From Octopus bimaculoides (Eukaryota), in contig NC_068990.1 in NCBI RefSeq assembly GCF_001194135.2, positions 81,597,549 to 81,661,393 on the forward strand: a stretch of 63,845 nucleotides of DNA. The letters are read 5' to 3'. This document shows positions 62,400 to 63,845 of the stretch, in pieces. The notes beneath the pieces were generated by a model. It did not search any database. It saw only the letters and a program-made list of their open reading frames with translations, and had not been told where the DNA came from. The stretch's first letter is position 1; the number at the start of each line of letters is the position of its first letter. Made by a program: the position numbers and the translations under genes.

Positions 62400-63050
62400 G
62401 ATATTAATTCTTGAAGGATTTGCCAAATGGTTTTATGTTATCTGGATCAAAAGCATTGATTTTTATCCTTTCGTTGACACCCTATAAGATTCTGTCACGG
62501 TATTAGATTAGCTGAATAAGAGTTAGTTGTTCCTTCTTGAATGATAAGTGGCATTGAACATGAATGAATCATCTTTGATGATGTTCAACAATTGCTACAT
62601 TTACGAATATGTCTCGTATTTTGTGTGGGTAATTTGAATTGCAATTTTTCAAATTATTCTGTATTCTCCTTAGATATAATATCAGTATAATAGGATTATT
62701 ATTGAATTTGGGGGGGAAATCTCAGTGTAGTCACTCAACTTGCTGGAAACAAATGCCAGATTTCTGTCAAATCAAATTCTATCATTCAATAAAAGCAAAA
62801 CAAGGAAGGACATATTGCGTAATGTTATACAGTATACACTATGCTGGAATATCTTCAATCATAGGTTTCCTCAGTCAGAGCTGATTTGGGATTAAACAGC
62901 TGCAACAATCTAGGATCTCTATTTGAATTCCTAAATTTGTGGTTGGTAATGTTATTCAGGCACAGCAAGCAACAGAATACGATAAAATTGTATACAGCAT
63001 ATGTATCTAACATACTCAGGTATTATGCTCTATGCATCAGACTGATATGT
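62400..63050 (-). mobile_element. Possible decayed LINE 3' fragment
   Basis: Broken frames with KLP...RKCSNC and a CxxC/H-like remnant typical of CR1/L2 C-termini; very diverged. Confidence 0.3.
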
Positions 63051-63845
63051 TTTTTTTTAAATTTGAAATATAGGGTTATGAAAATTTATCAGTTTAATTC
63101 ATAGATCATAAAACCTGAATATCTTAGAAATATAAACAAACTTGAATGTGAAATAAACAAGCAATAATTTTTTTTCTAACTTCTATGGTATGTGAAACTA
63201 TGTAGTAACTTTCCAAGATTTAACTTTTATGTGAAATTATAATGACTGTTTTTAATACTCTCTCTCTCTCTCCACATACACATGGTTAACCCTAAATCTT
63301 CAGATTTCCGGTTTAGTAATAAATATTCTACCTTCATCAGTGGGATATACCAAAGTAGTTTATAGTCATTTGATGTCTATCTCTAGTATATAGGCGCTGT
63401 TCCTTCATAAAATTATAGTCTCAATGTCAATATGACATCTTAACTCATTTAAACATTTAAGAGGTTTTGTTGACTGCTTATTCGAGTGGGTTGCTATAGA
63501 GAACATCAGTAGTTTCCTCAAACTCTGGGTTGTTGCTGTTATTGTTTAACCTTAGACCAGTCCCGAGCAAAAAAAAAAAACATTCTATATTTTTGTATAT
63601 CAGGGATTACAATATCCAGTGTATTGTCCTAACTGCTTTTAAGATCATAGAGTGTGGTTTAGAGAGAGATAGGTTGTGTGGTTTAGATGGTAGACCAACA
63701 GCTCCCTTACTAGTTATAGAATTTGTCCTTCCTTCCTTCCTTCCTTCCTTTCCTTCCTTCCTTCCTTCCTTCTTTCCTTCCTTCTTTCCTTCCTTCCTTT
63801 CCTTCCTTCCTTTCCTTCCTTCCTTCCTTCCTTTCCTTCCTTCCT

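Noticed and set aside
63285-63346. Minus-strand CUGAUGA-A-GGU...ACC-G-GAAAUCUGAAGAU hammerhead-like string
   Set aside because: Extra G before GAAA, bulged stem II and mismatched stem I; cannot be supported beyond a possible fossil.

Overview
AT-rich, microsatellite-dense animal genomic DNA from a gapped short-read scaffold. The SINE, RTE and microsatellite content resembles octopus (Octopus bimaculoides-like); this is my recollection, not a database match. None of the supplied ORFs is a credible intact host gene: they are microsatellites, N-gaps or decayed retroelement frames. The window looks like the intronic/3' part of one large + strand gene that I cannot name. Its visible traces are short exons with good splice signals (10803-10876, 20828-20871, 35613-35655) and several frame-compatible candidate terminal or stop-containing exons. 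Most of the recognisable sequence is transposon-derived: RTE, CR1/L2 and R4/Dong-like LINE relics, several tRNA-derived SINE families, hAT-type MITEs with 8-bp TSDs, and an internally deleted Ty3/Gypsy element with both LTRs and a 5-bp TSD. The most interesting signal is a set of minimal hammerhead-ribozyme motifs of the Penelope-like-element type, from three unrelated repeat families. One is near-canonical (30198-30294, minus). One sits in a long palindrome (21648-21751). One forms the tail of a tRNA-headed SINE present as an inverted pair (59369-59876). Several long fold-back structures also occur, notably a 45-bp stem at 27841-27965. All structures were read by eye; no folding or homology search was run.
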